The notes below the pieces were generated by a model, which did not search any database, was not told the origin of the DNA, and worked only from the letters and a program-made list of their open reading frames with translations. 64,000 bases of DNA from a virus, in IMG/VR virus record IMGVR_UViG_3300033145_001721, positions 1 to 64,000 of that record; one strand, written 5' to 3'. Shown piece by piece: positions 40,072 through 49,605 of this stretch (positions are counted from its first letter, which is position 1; each line of letters opens with the position of its first letter). The position numbers were made by a program, and so were the translations under genes.

Positions 40072-41553
40072 TTATCGCTTCTCACCAGATTGTAGTTGGG
40101 GCTCAGGCAATTCCAGATCTTCCAAATCATCTTCTCTGTCTACAACATTATCCCCAATAGCTTCTGCTTGATCTTCATCAAGACCCAAAATCGTAACCAA
40201 GAAATCCTTTTCCGATATCAATGCATCGACTTGGCCTTGCACATACTTAGACATAGCCTCTGTTTGGTCTTTTGCTGTTTCGGCTTTTTCCTTTGGAGTA
40301 GGTGTATCACGTTCCGGCCATTTAACGATGCATGGCTCCTCCGTCACAGGCAAAATACCTAACAACTGTAATCGCTCAACAAACGGTCGAATAAGTAAAG
40401 GCGTAACATAGTTTTTCTGCCGACCACACACACGCTCCAGCCACGTCTTTCGATCCTGACCACCTGCCAACTTACCTTCCTCAGTACCCATAAAAACGCG
40501 ATACGGAACATCAATACCAATACAAATGAGCAGAATTTGGGATTTGATATACGGTTCCGGATCGGTTAATTTTGGTGAGATGTCTTGTGCTTTCATACCG
40601 GATGAAAATAAATAACGTTGCATACCATCATAGTAATCACTCAAAGCTTCCTTCATCTCAGTTTTTTGATCAGCAGTCAACACAGTGCCCGCTGGCACAA
40701 TTTCCGGATCGACGCCCCAAGCAGTACCACTAATACCAGCACGCCAAAACATCTCACCACTACTGGAACTGATCTTACGCAAATCGAGAATATTATTGTA
40801 GACAGCTTGCAATCGAGACTCCCCAAACAACTCACTCGTCAAACGATTGTCCGCATAATGCAGTACTCTTGTCCAATGAATACGAATGTCCTTAGAAATA
40901 CCCCCAGTACCCCCAGTAGTCACATTCTCCATCGTCACTTTGTAAAACAATGGCAATCCATAACGCGGACTATTGGTGCTAGTTTCTCGCTTTTCAATAG
41001 TTACAGCCGATTCGTCAAAACATTTCACAAACAATAAACGGTGTCCTTTTGTAGCACCTGCAAAATCATCAGGCATCACACCGTCTACAATTTCAACCGA
41101 CTCCACTGGAGTATCCAATTTACCACCATCATCAATACCCAAAAGCATCAGACCATAACGACCAATCCCCGACAGCACATCCATGCGCTTCAAAAAATGC
41201 AAGACGTGTTTCTTTCGGCACAGCAAATCCCACGTCTTTTCAAACTCAGTCTCATCCTTTGTGTCCTCTGTTTCATACACATCCGGCAAACCCACCCAGC
41301 ACTCATCAGGCCAAAGATTTACAACACGCCGCGCCACCCCATTACGATCAAACAACTTACGACATTGTGACGATTCAATATCTGCTGGATAGCGACATTC
41401 ATAATCGATATCCAAACCAGGGCTCAAAAACTGCAACAACGAATTCACACGCGATTGAGATCGCAATACATTTTGGTACAGCCCCTGCAATTGTTGATTC
41501 TCGACTGATGTATCTGACGATTTTGCCTTGTGTATTACTTTTTTCTTGGCCAT
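40072..41553 (-). CDS. portal protein (DUF1073-like)
   Basis: Follows TerL; ARRVVN..PDECW, IHWTRVLH, GES.L, VPYRVFMG..G.LA. Confidence 0.85.
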   Translation of the reverse strand: MAKKKVIHKAKSSDTSVENQQLQGLYQNVLRSQSRVNSLLQFLSPGLDIDYECRYPADIESSQCRKLFDRNGVARRVVNLWPDECWVGLPDVYETEDTKDETEFEKTWDLLCRKKHVLHFLKRMDVLSGIGRYGLMLLGIDDGGKLDTPVESVEIVDGVMPDDFAGATKGHRLLFVKCFDESAVTIEKRETSTNSPRYGLPLFYKVTMENVTTGGTGGISKDIRIHWTRVLHYADNRLTSELFGESRLQAVYNNILDLRKISSSSGEMFWRAGISGTAWGVDPEIVPAGTVLTADQKTEMKEALSDYYDGMQRYLFSSGMKAQDISPKLTDPEPYIKSQILLICIGIDVPYRVFMGTEEGKLAGGQDRKTWLERVCGRQKNYVTPLLIRPFVERLQLLGILPVTEEPCIVKWPERDTPTPKEKAETAKDQTEAMSKYVQGQVDALISEKDFLVTILGLDEDQAEAIGDNVVDREDDLEDLELPEPQLQSGEKR

Positions 41554-41568
41554 GATTTATCCTCACAA

Positions 41569-43044
41569 TTACAAATTGTTGAATCCTATTTGGAATGTTC
41601 CCTGGCACGTCTGTCCAAATGCCCCGGATAACGCATCAACTTGATCCTTGAATTTGCTGAACGGAAAATATTGTATCTCACCAATAAACGGTGCGTGCCA
41701 TGCCTCTGGCAATCCGTCAATGTACCCCTCCGGGGCCAAATACATGTTTCCACCATTCACTTGGGATGCTACCGGATCAGCACGCAACTCTTTACTGCCA
41801 GTAGGTCGATCAGCTACAATACGCCACCCAGCTAGATTGCGCATAGTGGCTTGTGCATCCCCCTTACCCGAACCCCCTGGTTCCTGTTCAATCCCAACAA
41901 CCACATGTTTACCATCTAACTCTGCTCGCTGCCTAATTCGATTTTCCCGTGCGCGGCTTTCTAACCGAAATCGATCCACATGAAGAATGCACCAATTCCC
42001 ATCCAAATCTTTGCCCAACCGCAATCCTACCGTCCAACAACCATCATCATAGGTGGCAGCTTTATCCCAATACCGAATCTGTTTAACCCATTTTCTAGGA
42101 TTGGTAGGATCGGGAGGAGATTTGACAATCAATTTATTAGCCTGAAACATACCACCCCCGACGGGAACAGGTGATTGGTCATATTGACCCGCATACATAA
42201 AATCGCCACTTGCTTTGAGTTCCCGAAGTGCTGCCCGACCTAAACGTTTGGGGTTGAGCATTTTGTCTTGATCATAATAATATTTCTTTAGGCTCGCAGG
42301 CTTTACCAATGGCGATAATGTAGCAGGCAAACAAACATGTTTCACACGAATCTCCCCGCGTTCCGCCATATCCAAAAGAAATCCTGTAGGATCTTCTTGA
42401 GACAACCGCTGCATTATGAGTATAGTAGGCACTAAATCTATTGAGCGCTTTCTGGATGGCAATGCTTCCAGAATAAACTCTTTGACTGCTTTCGTTTCTG
42501 CAATAGACCTAGCTGCCCTAGGATTTAATGGATCATCTATAACCACCAAATCTCCATGCTTCCCAGTTATGCTGCCTTGTGTGCCCGCACTATATCTCAC
42601 GCCACCAGCTTTCGTGCCATACGTGCCGACAGCATTCATGTCACCTCGAATTACAACTTCTGGAAAGCAATCTTTGTACTTTTCACTCCGTATCAAATCT
42701 CTAGCTTTACGCGCATGCCCCACCATCAAATTTTGCTCGTAAGAACAACCGATGAAATTCATAGATGGGTTTCTAGCCCATATCCATCCATGCAAAAACA
42801 TCGCAAATATCGTAGACTTGAGACTGACCGGGGGGATATTGTATATGATATAATCATAACGTTTCTTTTTGCGTGCTAGTATTCGCTCCACTTCGCGTTG
42901 TGCATCCCAACACAAATACTTAATGTGCCAATTGGATTGGAGCGGTTCATTCTGTACGACTATAGGCCAAAACTCTTTCACGAATTCGTAGAAAGATTTC
43001 CGCGTAATACTCCGGATGATATCGTATTCACGAAACGAAATCAT
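41569..43044 (-). CDS. terL: terminase large subunit
   Basis: NIPP..LKST, VIDDP, IMQRL..EDP, RYWDKA, EQEPGGSGK, KDQVDA. Confidence 0.93.
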   Translation of the reverse strand: MISFREYDIIRSITRKSFYEFVKEFWPIVVQNEPLQSNWHIKYLCWDAQREVERILARKKKRYDYIIYNIPPVSLKSTIFAMFLHGWIWARNPSMNFIGCSYEQNLMVGHARKARDLIRSEKYKDCFPEVVIRGDMNAVGTYGTKAGGVRYSAGTQGSITGKHGDLVVIDDPLNPRAARSIAETKAVKEFILEALPSRKRSIDLVPTILIMQRLSQEDPTGFLLDMAERGEIRVKHVCLPATLSPLVKPASLKKYYYDQDKMLNPKRLGRAALRELKASGDFMYAGQYDQSPVPVGGGMFQANKLIVKSPPDPTNPRKWVKQIRYWDKAATYDDGCWTVGLRLGKDLDGNWCILHVDRFRLESRARENRIRQRAELDGKHVVVGIEQEPGGSGKGDAQATMRNLAGWRIVADRPTGSKELRADPVASQVNGGNMYLAPEGYIDGLPEAWHAPFIGEIQYFPFSKFKDQVDALSGAFGQTCQGTFQIGFNNL

Positions 43045-43847
43045 GCGACAACCTCAGCCTCTATCGCTTTCGCCTTACGTACATGTGCAAGTATTTGCTT
43101 CTGTATGGGCAATGGCAAATCCAAACTCTCCATAGGAAACACTTTATGATTGTGATCGATTTGGCCTTGTATATTAACATCCACAGACGCTTTATCCCCA
43201 TACCCCCGTTTTTTCAATCGTGATCGCGCTACTGCCAATGTAGCCGACTCACTGCCAGCTTGCACTAAACGAATCAAACTGCTCTCAAACATATCGTCCT
43301 TTATGTCCTCAATTTCATGAACAAGCTTTTGAAAATCAGGATCTAAATACCATGTTTGAAATGTAGCTCGCTTAATGCCCACTTTACGACAAGCGGCCGC
43401 TATGGAAAAGGAAGATTTGACGAGAGCACACAAAAACAAATGTTGACGAAAATCTTTTCCGTAGTGGGCAAACATGGCTTCCACTTTTTCAATACCAACG
43501 TTCGCCCGATGCATACGGTCAAGCTTATGCCAAAGCTGCTTCATTGGCTCACTCAGCCTGTCATAAACATAATCCCCCATATCGTAAGTACACTTACGCG
43601 ATTCCTTGCGCCAACGTCGCCCTCTGTGAATTGCATAACGAAACGTCGGACGTGTTTGAATCCAATTGTCAATCGTAGGTTTACTGATATTCAAAACTTT
43701 GGCTATCTGTGATAGCTTCAATCCATCACGTGCTAATTCATAGCCCACAATAGCCAATTCGGGTTTCCACTTCCTCATCCACTTTTTCTTGCCCCCAACC
43801 ATTTGCATTGTACTCCTTCTAAAAACAAAAACCGAATATACACACAT
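43041..43847 (-). CDS. terS: terminase small subunit (HTH)
   Basis: Two HTH segments; KKRGYG; directly upstream of TerL. Confidence 0.75.
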   Translation of the reverse strand: MCVYSVFVFRRSTMQMVGGKKKWMRKWKPELAIVGYELARDGLKLSQIAKVLNISKPTIDNWIQTRPTFRYAIHRGRRWRKESRKCTYDMGDYVYDRLSEPMKQLWHKLDRMHRANVGIEKVEAMFAHYGKDFRQHLFLCALVKSSFSIAAACRKVGIKRATFQTWYLDPDFQKLVHEIEDIKDDMFESSLIRLVQAGSESATLAVARSRLKKRGYGDKASVDVNIQGQIDHNHKVFPMESLDLPLPIQKQILAHVRKAKAIEAEVVA

Positions 43848-43874
43848 TAGATATACACCATATATACAAAATTA

Positions 43875-43889
43875 CTATAATTTTCGCAT
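43875..43889 (-). promoter_or_regulatory. putative late promoter motif ATGCGAAAATTATAG
   Basis: 14/15 identical to the motif upstream of the head operon (29809-29823). Confidence 0.5.
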
Positions 43890-43980
43890 AAAAAAGTATC
43901 GATTCTAAACTAATAACCCATATTTTAGATAAAAACTTACATTTCGACTTCTAAAAATCTAAGATTTCTAAGCTTTTCGC

Positions 43981-44009
43981 TTTACCCAATAAGCTACTGT
44001 AGATATACT
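43981..44009 (+). promoter_or_regulatory. sigma70-type promoter
   Basis: TTTACC-N17-TATACT upstream of AGGAGG RBS. Confidence 0.6.
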
Positions 44010-44056
44010 AACGGTACCACAAACAAGGACTGAAATATTAACACAGGAGGTATCAA

Positions 44057-44614
44057 ATGTCTAGTATGTCTTTACATAAAGACGTAACTGCTGACAAAGC
44101 TTTACACGAAGACATTTCAACCGAAACGTTTGAACAGTGCAAAAATCTAATGTACCAATACGTCTGGAAATTCTACAACCGCTATGGAGGCGATTTCAAC
44201 GACTGGGTCAGTGAAGGTCATCTGATATTCATGAAATGTATAGTCTCATACAACAATAAATATGCTTTCACAACCTGGTTTACATTCAAGCTCCAAAAGG
44301 GTTTCATCTCTGTCATACGGAAAAAATTAGCACAATCGGTACCCAACATCACGTATAACACTAAGCTCACAAAGGCTCTAAACCCCGCATACCACACAAC
44401 ATTCTTCACCAGGCGAGAACAAGTATCTGATCGTACATGGACCCTCCACCAAGTAATCCAATATCCACCACGTGAACTAGATGGTGAAATTGACGCTGAT
44501 GATCCAATCAATACACTAGATGCCATCATGTGGTACTGTGCTACAAAATTCCAATGGACAAAATTACAAGTCCTTGAAAGCCTAATCGAACTATGGGAAT
44601 GCAGTCAACTATGA
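44057..44614 (+). CDS. sigma-factor-like protein
   Basis: Region 2-like: DFNDWVSEG..FMKC..Y...AFTTW. Confidence 0.6.
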   Translation: MSSMSLHKDVTADKALHEDISTETFEQCKNLMYQYVWKFYNRYGGDFNDWVSEGHLIFMKCIVSYNNKYAFTTWFTFKLQKGFISVIRKKLAQSVPNITYNTKLTKALNPAYHTTFFTRREQVSDRTWTLHQVIQYPPRELDGEIDADDPINTLDAIMWYCATKFQWTKLQVLESLIELWECSQL

Positions 44615-44645
44615 CATCGCTATATAAATATCAAAAGGAAATAAA

Positions 44646-45182
44646 ATGCCTACAGGAATATACCATAGAACAAAAACCCAATTGAAAGCGGTTAAAAAGA
44701 ACCTCGCAAAAGGACGAACCAAAAAAGCCAGAAAGAAAGCAGCCAAAACACTTACAAAAATTGCTAAAGACCCGAAATGGAGATCCATGGTATCTGAAAA
44801 TACAAAAAAAGCAATGCATGACCCAATAATTAGAAAAAAACATTTAGATGGGATGGCGAAGGCACACAAAAAATACGGTGTGAATTTCAAAGGTGGAAAT
44901 GGACTGTCCCCTACTCCCATCATACGATTAGCTGATAGATTACTAAAACTTTGTGGATACGAAAGAGAACTTGCAGTAAAAACAAAACCCGTAAGATCCA
45001 AATTCAGAAACAAAAAACTGCCAGATTGTTACAAAATTGATTTTGGAAATCGTGAAGAAATGATAGCCATAGAATTTGATGGGCAGTGCCACCAATCCCT
45101 TCGACAACAAAAAATAGACAAGAAGAAAACAAAGGTTCTACAAGAACTCGGATGGACGGTTGTTAGGTTGAAACACAAATGA
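44646..45182 (+). CDS. DUF559/Vsr-like endonuclease with basic N-terminal DNA-binding region (homing-endonuclease-like)
   Basis: MPTGIY.R; YKIDF..IAIEFDG..H..D..K...L..LGWTVVR. Confidence 0.75.
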   Translation: MPTGIYHRTKTQLKAVKKNLAKGRTKKARKKAAKTLTKIAKDPKWRSMVSENTKKAMHDPIIRKKHLDGMAKAHKKYGVNFKGGNGLSPTPIIRLADRLLKLCGYERELAVKTKPVRSKFRNKKLPDCYKIDFGNREEMIAIEFDGQCHQSLRQQKIDKKKTKVLQELGWTVVRLKHK

Positions 45183-46531
45183 CTAAACTATTCCCATATC
45201 AAAAGCAAGGTATATTAGCAATAGAACGGCTCAATGGCCGTGCGTTGTTGGCTGATTCCATGGGTCTGGGCAAAACCATCCAAGCTCTATACTACATTCG
45301 CCGAAATCGAGCAGCCACAACCCCTACGCTCATCATATCCCCAGCTATAGCCAAATGGGAATGGCAAGAGCAAGCACGCAAGCACGCACAACTCAACATC
45401 ACCGTAGGCGAATCCTTTACCGCCCCCAAACATTTCGATCCGAAACGACACAAACGCATAGTCATCAATTATGAAATTGCACTGTACTGGTCACGATTCA
45501 TTATCCGCCACATGCATCCACAATGTCTAATCCTTGATGAATCCCATTACATCAAATCTATAGATGCCGAACGCACCGAAATCATTCGTAAAATCGGTGC
45601 AAACATTCCCCACATCATAGCCATATCCGGTACACCACTACTCAGTCGCCCCATCGAACTGTTCCCTACCATCAATCTACTTTGGCCTAAATCCTTTCCC
45701 AATTTCCTATCATACGCCACACGCTACTGCAAACCCAAAATTACATTCGGACGATGGGACTTTACAGGTGCCTGTAAATTGCCATTGCTGCAAGCCAAAC
45801 TAAAACGACTGGGAATGATTCGACGACTGACGAAAGATGTACAAAAAGAACTGCCCAACATACACCGAATCATCAAACTTGTACACATTGACAATGGGAC
45901 TGAATACTCCAAAGCACGCGACGATTTCAAAGCGTGGATATCTAAAACCAAAGGCCAAAAAAAGAACCGTGAATGGAGCGCTGAACGATTAGTCCGCAAT
46001 GGCTATCTACGTCGATTGGCAGCGCAAGGAAAAATAACCGCAATCATCGAATGGATCGAATCATTCCTGGAAGAGAATAACGGCAAACTTGTATTGTTTG
46101 CACACCACCACTTTGTAATCGATGCTATACTGAAACGATTTTCCAGCTGCGCCGTTTCCGTTTATGGAAAAACCGATGGCAAAGCAAAACACCGCATCGT
46201 AAAACAATTTCAAACATCCAAACGCATCCGCATATTTATCGGATCGTTGGCTGCAAAAGAAGCCATTACACTCACAGCAGCTAACACATTAGCCTTTGCT
46301 GAATTGTGGGATGTGCCCGGTTGGCACAAACAAGCTGAACAGCGCATCCGTCGAATCGGACAAAAAAGCAAACACGTGCTAGTCTACTATTTTATCGCCG
46401 AAGGAACTGTTGATATCGAAGTAGCCGAACGCATAGAAAGAAAACAAAATATTGTTACCCAAACGCTTGATGGTAAACGAAAAGATCAACAGCTAAACAT
46501 TCACACATTATACCTCAGGAGCCAAAAATGA
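45179..46531 (+). CDS. SNF2-family helicase
   Basis: LADSMGLGKT, DESH, SGTP, QAEQRIRRIGQ. Confidence 0.9.
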   Translation: MTKLFPYQKQGILAIERLNGRALLADSMGLGKTIQALYYIRRNRAATTPTLIISPAIAKWEWQEQARKHAQLNITVGESFTAPKHFDPKRHKRIVINYEIALYWSRFIIRHMHPQCLILDESHYIKSIDAERTEIIRKIGANIPHIIAISGTPLLSRPIELFPTINLLWPKSFPNFLSYATRYCKPKITFGRWDFTGACKLPLLQAKLKRLGMIRRLTKDVQKELPNIHRIIKLVHIDNGTEYSKARDDFKAWISKTKGQKKNREWSAERLVRNGYLRRLAAQGKITAIIEWIESFLEENNGKLVLFAHHHFVIDAILKRFSSCAVSVYGKTDGKAKHRIVKQFQTSKRIRIFIGSLAAKEAITLTAANTLAFAELWDVPGWHKQAEQRIRRIGQKSKHVLVYYFIAEGTVDIEVAERIERKQNIVTQTLDGKRKDQQLNIHTLYLRSQK

Positions 46532-46692
46532 AACACCAAAAACATGTATCCATCCTATTCATTAAAACAGGAGAAACATTCCCGGAAGAACTGAAAAATG
46601 CTTTCTCCGCAGAATGCCGACGTCGTGGCACCACTATGACCAAAGCGCTGGCACGACTTATCCGTAAATGGCTACAAAACCCCACAGCATAA
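46528..46692 (+). CDS. 54-aa ribbon-helix-helix-like regulator (not in ORF track)
   Basis: AGGAG RBS; FPEELKNAFSAECRRRGTTMTKALARLIRKW. Confidence 0.6.
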   Translation: MKHQKHVSILFIKTGETFPEELKNAFSAECRRRGTTMTKALARLIRKWLQNPTA

Positions 46693-46706
46693 GATAAGGT
46701 TGACCC

Positions 46707-47579
46707 ATGGATTTTGAAACACTATTACAATCAAATGGGATACGTATAGCACCAGAAGGGCACCACCATGCTAGATATGGGTGGTTGCAATTTGACTGCC
46801 CATTCTGTGGTACAAACAGTGGCAAATATCATATGGGCTATGACCTCACCAACAAATACGTCAACTGTTGGAACTGTGGTCACCATTCCATTATCGAAAC
46901 CATGGCAGTCCTATTTGGCATATCTTATACTGAAGCCAAAACGATTGCCAAAAGTATTCGGCCGGAACGACAGAAACTAAAATCACACACAGGTCAATTC
47001 GTCAAACCGGCTGAAGTAGGCTCATTGCACGCCGCACACAAACGGTACATAAAATCCCGTGGATTCGACTGGCATCACATCGCTGAATTATGGTCTGTGC
47101 AAGGCATTGCCTTAGCTAATCCCGCTATGCAATGGCGATTGTTCCTACCCATATTTTATCAAGGCGAACGTGTCAGTTGGACAACCAGGGCTATCGATGC
47201 CAACATACGTCCCCGATATCTTTCTGCCAAACCAAAATACGAAACCATTCCACACAAAACGTTATTGTATGGGGAAGACTTCGCACGGCATGCAATCGTC
47301 ATCGTAGAGGGACCAATAGACGCATGGGCTATTGGCCCTGGAGCAGTTGCAACCTTTGGTTTGTCCATCACCTCCGCACAAGTTCTCAAAATGTCAAAAT
47401 ACCCCATACGCGCCGTCTGCCTCGATAATACAAAAGAGGCACAAGCCACTGCCAGAAAGCTTGTAGACTCGTTGTCCGGATATGAAGGCGAAACGTACAA
47501 TATACAATTGAGTGGAAAAGACGCAGCTGAATCGCCTTCCACTGAATTGGAACGAATCAGAAAGGAGATTTTAACATGA
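46707..47579 (+). CDS. DNA primase (Zn finger + TOPRIM)
   Basis: CPFC..CWNC, VEGPIDA, CLD, KDAAE. Confidence 0.85.
   Translation: MDFETLLQSNGIRIAPEGHHHARYGWLQFDCPFCGTNSGKYHMGYDLTNKYVNCWNCGHHSIIETMAVLFGISYTEAKTIAKSIRPERQKLKSHTGQFVKPAEVGSLHAAHKRYIKSRGFDWHHIAELWSVQGIALANPAMQWRLFLPIFYQGERVSWTTRAIDANIRPRYLSAKPKYETIPHKTLLYGEDFARHAIVIVEGPIDAWAIGPGAVATFGLSITSAQVLKMSKYPIRAVCLDNTKEAQATARKLVDSLSGYEGETYNIQLSGKDAAESPSTELERIRKEILT
47496..47579 (+). repeat. 84-bp direct repeat copy 1 (primase 3' end + RBS)
   Basis: 76/84 identical to 49068-49151. Confidence 0.9.
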
Positions 47580-48538
47580 AAATCAAAGTTTCCAGAATCA
47601 AACCAAATCCATACCGGCGGATCAAAACCTATCCGATAGACGAAGATAAAGTCAAGCGGCTTGAAACCTCAATCCAAGAAACAACTTTTTGGGATAACCT
47701 CGTTGCACGTCCCCATCCTAAAAGAGAGGGATATTTCCAATTAGCATATGGACACCATCGACTTATGGCTCTCGAAAATCTGGGTATCAATACAATAGAC
47801 ATCCCAGTCCGTAACATCGACAATGCCACGATGCTCCGAATCATGGCTAATGAAAACCTGGAATGGAATCAATGCCCCGCCGTCATCAACGAAACCGTCC
47901 ATGCCGCCCGTGATTTCTTGGACAGGGAACTGAAAAAGTATGCTACATGGGAAGAAGCTAAATGCCCTAATAAATTTATTAGGGCATTATTCACCGGAAC
48001 AAAAGGAGACTTCAAACATTGCAAAAATCATGGTGTAGGCCAAACAACCATCCTCAAGTTCCTCGGCAAGAACTGGGAAGGTAAACGGTGGATGATTCAG
48101 GAGGCTTTAAGTCTCTTAGACAACAAAGATGATGTCGATATTGAAGCCGTAGAAAGTCTTGAGACTATGGGAAAGGCTCGGGAGTTTCACAAGGCTATAA
48201 AAGAGCACAAAATCCCAAAAGAACGACATAAGAAACTAGCGAAGAAGTGCAAAAATAAAGGCGATAAGAAAATAGGCCAACGCAGAATACGAGAGATAGT
48301 GCGGGAGGAATCAGACGATCCATCAATTGACTTGGAAAAGAAGTTCAATGAGATGAAAACAGCATCGAAGCATTTGCGTGAAGCAGTCGTAGCCTTTCAA
48401 ACTTTCTGCAATGACCTGAATGTCACAACACTCAAAGGGATGGAAGTCGAAGCGGGCTGGATGGAACTTGCACTGTGCATGCGGACTATCAAAGATTTTG
48501 TGGCCTCTATGAAAGAATCAGAAGATGAAAACGAGTGA
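47576..48538 (+). CDS. ParB/Srx-domain protein
   Basis: IKPNPYR, L..SI, YQL-like FQLAYGHHRL.AL, MANENL. Confidence 0.8.
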   Translation: MKIKVSRIKPNPYRRIKTYPIDEDKVKRLETSIQETTFWDNLVARPHPKREGYFQLAYGHHRLMALENLGINTIDIPVRNIDNATMLRIMANENLEWNQCPAVINETVHAARDFLDRELKKYATWEEAKCPNKFIRALFTGTKGDFKHCKNHGVGQTTILKFLGKNWEGKRWMIQEALSLLDNKDDVDIEAVESLETMGKAREFHKAIKEHKIPKERHKKLAKKCKNKGDKKIGQRRIREIVREESDDPSIDLEKKFNEMKTASKHLREAVVAFQTFCNDLNVTTLKGMEVEAGWMELALCMRTIKDFVASMKESEDENE

Positions 48539-49064
48539 ACTATACAACCGTCTATATGAAGCATTCCGCAACTTCAAAACAAAAAAACATGGAAAAGATT
48601 ATTCAAACGACCAATGGGTGCAGCTATCCTATCTACAGGTTGACCGTGCTTTGGGTTTACCAAAAATGCCGAGTCGAAAGTTTCCAGGCCCCCGAAGACT
48701 TCACGGCCTACGTCGATCCCAACTGATCGGCAAAATTGACAAATACACCAGAAGACACGAGAAGCCATTCCGATTTGAAATTCTGCCGAAACAAGGCTGT
48801 CAGATTTGGCACACGTCAACTGATATTGCCCAATATGAAATCAGACGTGCAAACAAGTATTCTTTACACAGGGCTAAACTCAACAGAAAACGTCTGGACG
48901 ATACTCTCATACTACCCGACATCGATCCAAAACACCGACAAATGATAAAAGCCAAACGAGCACGAGAATTAGCTGATGTCAAATCATACAATGAGATGGA
49001 AAAATTACTCGTCATGTACGAACAACCTCCATCAAAACAAAAAGCATTGCCCAAACCAAAATAG
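48525..49064 (+). CDS. basic hypothetical protein
   Basis: Coupled to the ParB gene. Confidence 0.6.
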   Translation: MKTSELYNRLYEAFRNFKTKKHGKDYSNDQWVQLSYLQVDRALGLPKMPSRKFPGPRRLHGLRRSQLIGKIDKYTRRHEKPFRFEILPKQGCQIWHTSTDIAQYEIRRANKYSLHRAKLNRKRLDDTLILPDIDPKHRQMIKAKRARELADVKSYNEMEKLLVMYEQPPSKQKALPKPK

Positions 49065-49067
49065 ACA

Positions 49068-49151
49068 TACAATATACAATTGAGCGGGAAAGACGCAGCC
49101 GAATCGCCTTCCGATGAATTGAAACGAATTAGAAAGGAAATTTTAACATGA
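49068..49151 (+). repeat. 84-bp direct repeat copy 2 (orphan primase 3' end)
   Basis: Encodes YNIQLSGKDAAESPSDELKRIRKEILT with no start codon. Confidence 0.9.
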
Positions 49152-49573
49152 GCGAAAAACAAAATCCAGAAATCCTGAAAGCTTGGAACGAAAGACAAAA
49201 GCTCTGGGCTGAAGGTGACAAGCTTTGGACGGAAGACTACAAGCTCAAAGCAGAAGGTGACAAGCTTTGGGCAAAAGGCAACAAGCTCAAAGCAGAAGGT
49301 GACAAGCTCTATGCAGAAGGCGACAAGCTCTGGGCAGAAGGCGACAAGCTCAGAGCAGAAGGCGACAAGCTCAGAGCAGAAGGCGACAAGCTCAGAGCAG
49401 AAAGCGACAAGCTCAGTGCTGAAGGCGACAAACTTTGGGCAAAAGGCAGCAAGATCCAAACAGAAGGAGACCTAATCTTCATCAACAAAGTCATCGAGAT
49501 ACATGGAAACATTGAAGTTGAATGGAAAGGGGGCGCCTGCTATCTCAACAATGGAGAAGTGTACGGCGCATAA
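49148..49573 (+). CDS. heptad-repeat coiled-coil protein
   Basis: About 12 copies of KL(W/R)AEGD from 21-bp repeats (49198-49470). Confidence 0.75.
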   Translation: MSEKQNPEILKAWNERQKLWAEGDKLWTEDYKLKAEGDKLWAKGNKLKAEGDKLYAEGDKLWAEGDKLRAEGDKLRAEGDKLRAESDKLSAEGDKLWAKGSKIQTEGDLIFINKVIEIHGNIEVEWKGGACYLNNGEVYGA

Positions 49574-49605
49574 ACCGAAACACCAAAAAGCATTGAGATT
49601 TAACC

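Noticed and set aside
40072-41553. Anti-CBASS Acb1 label sometimes given to DUF1073 proteins
   Set aside because: Position between TerL and the gp7-like gene, and size, indicate a portal
47496-49151. Possible DGR template/variable repeat pair
   Set aside because: Mismatches are not adenine-specific and are mostly synonymous; no reverse transcriptase in the window
48800-49512. Alternate-frame and antisense repeat ORFs
   Set aside because: By-products of the 21-bp repeat
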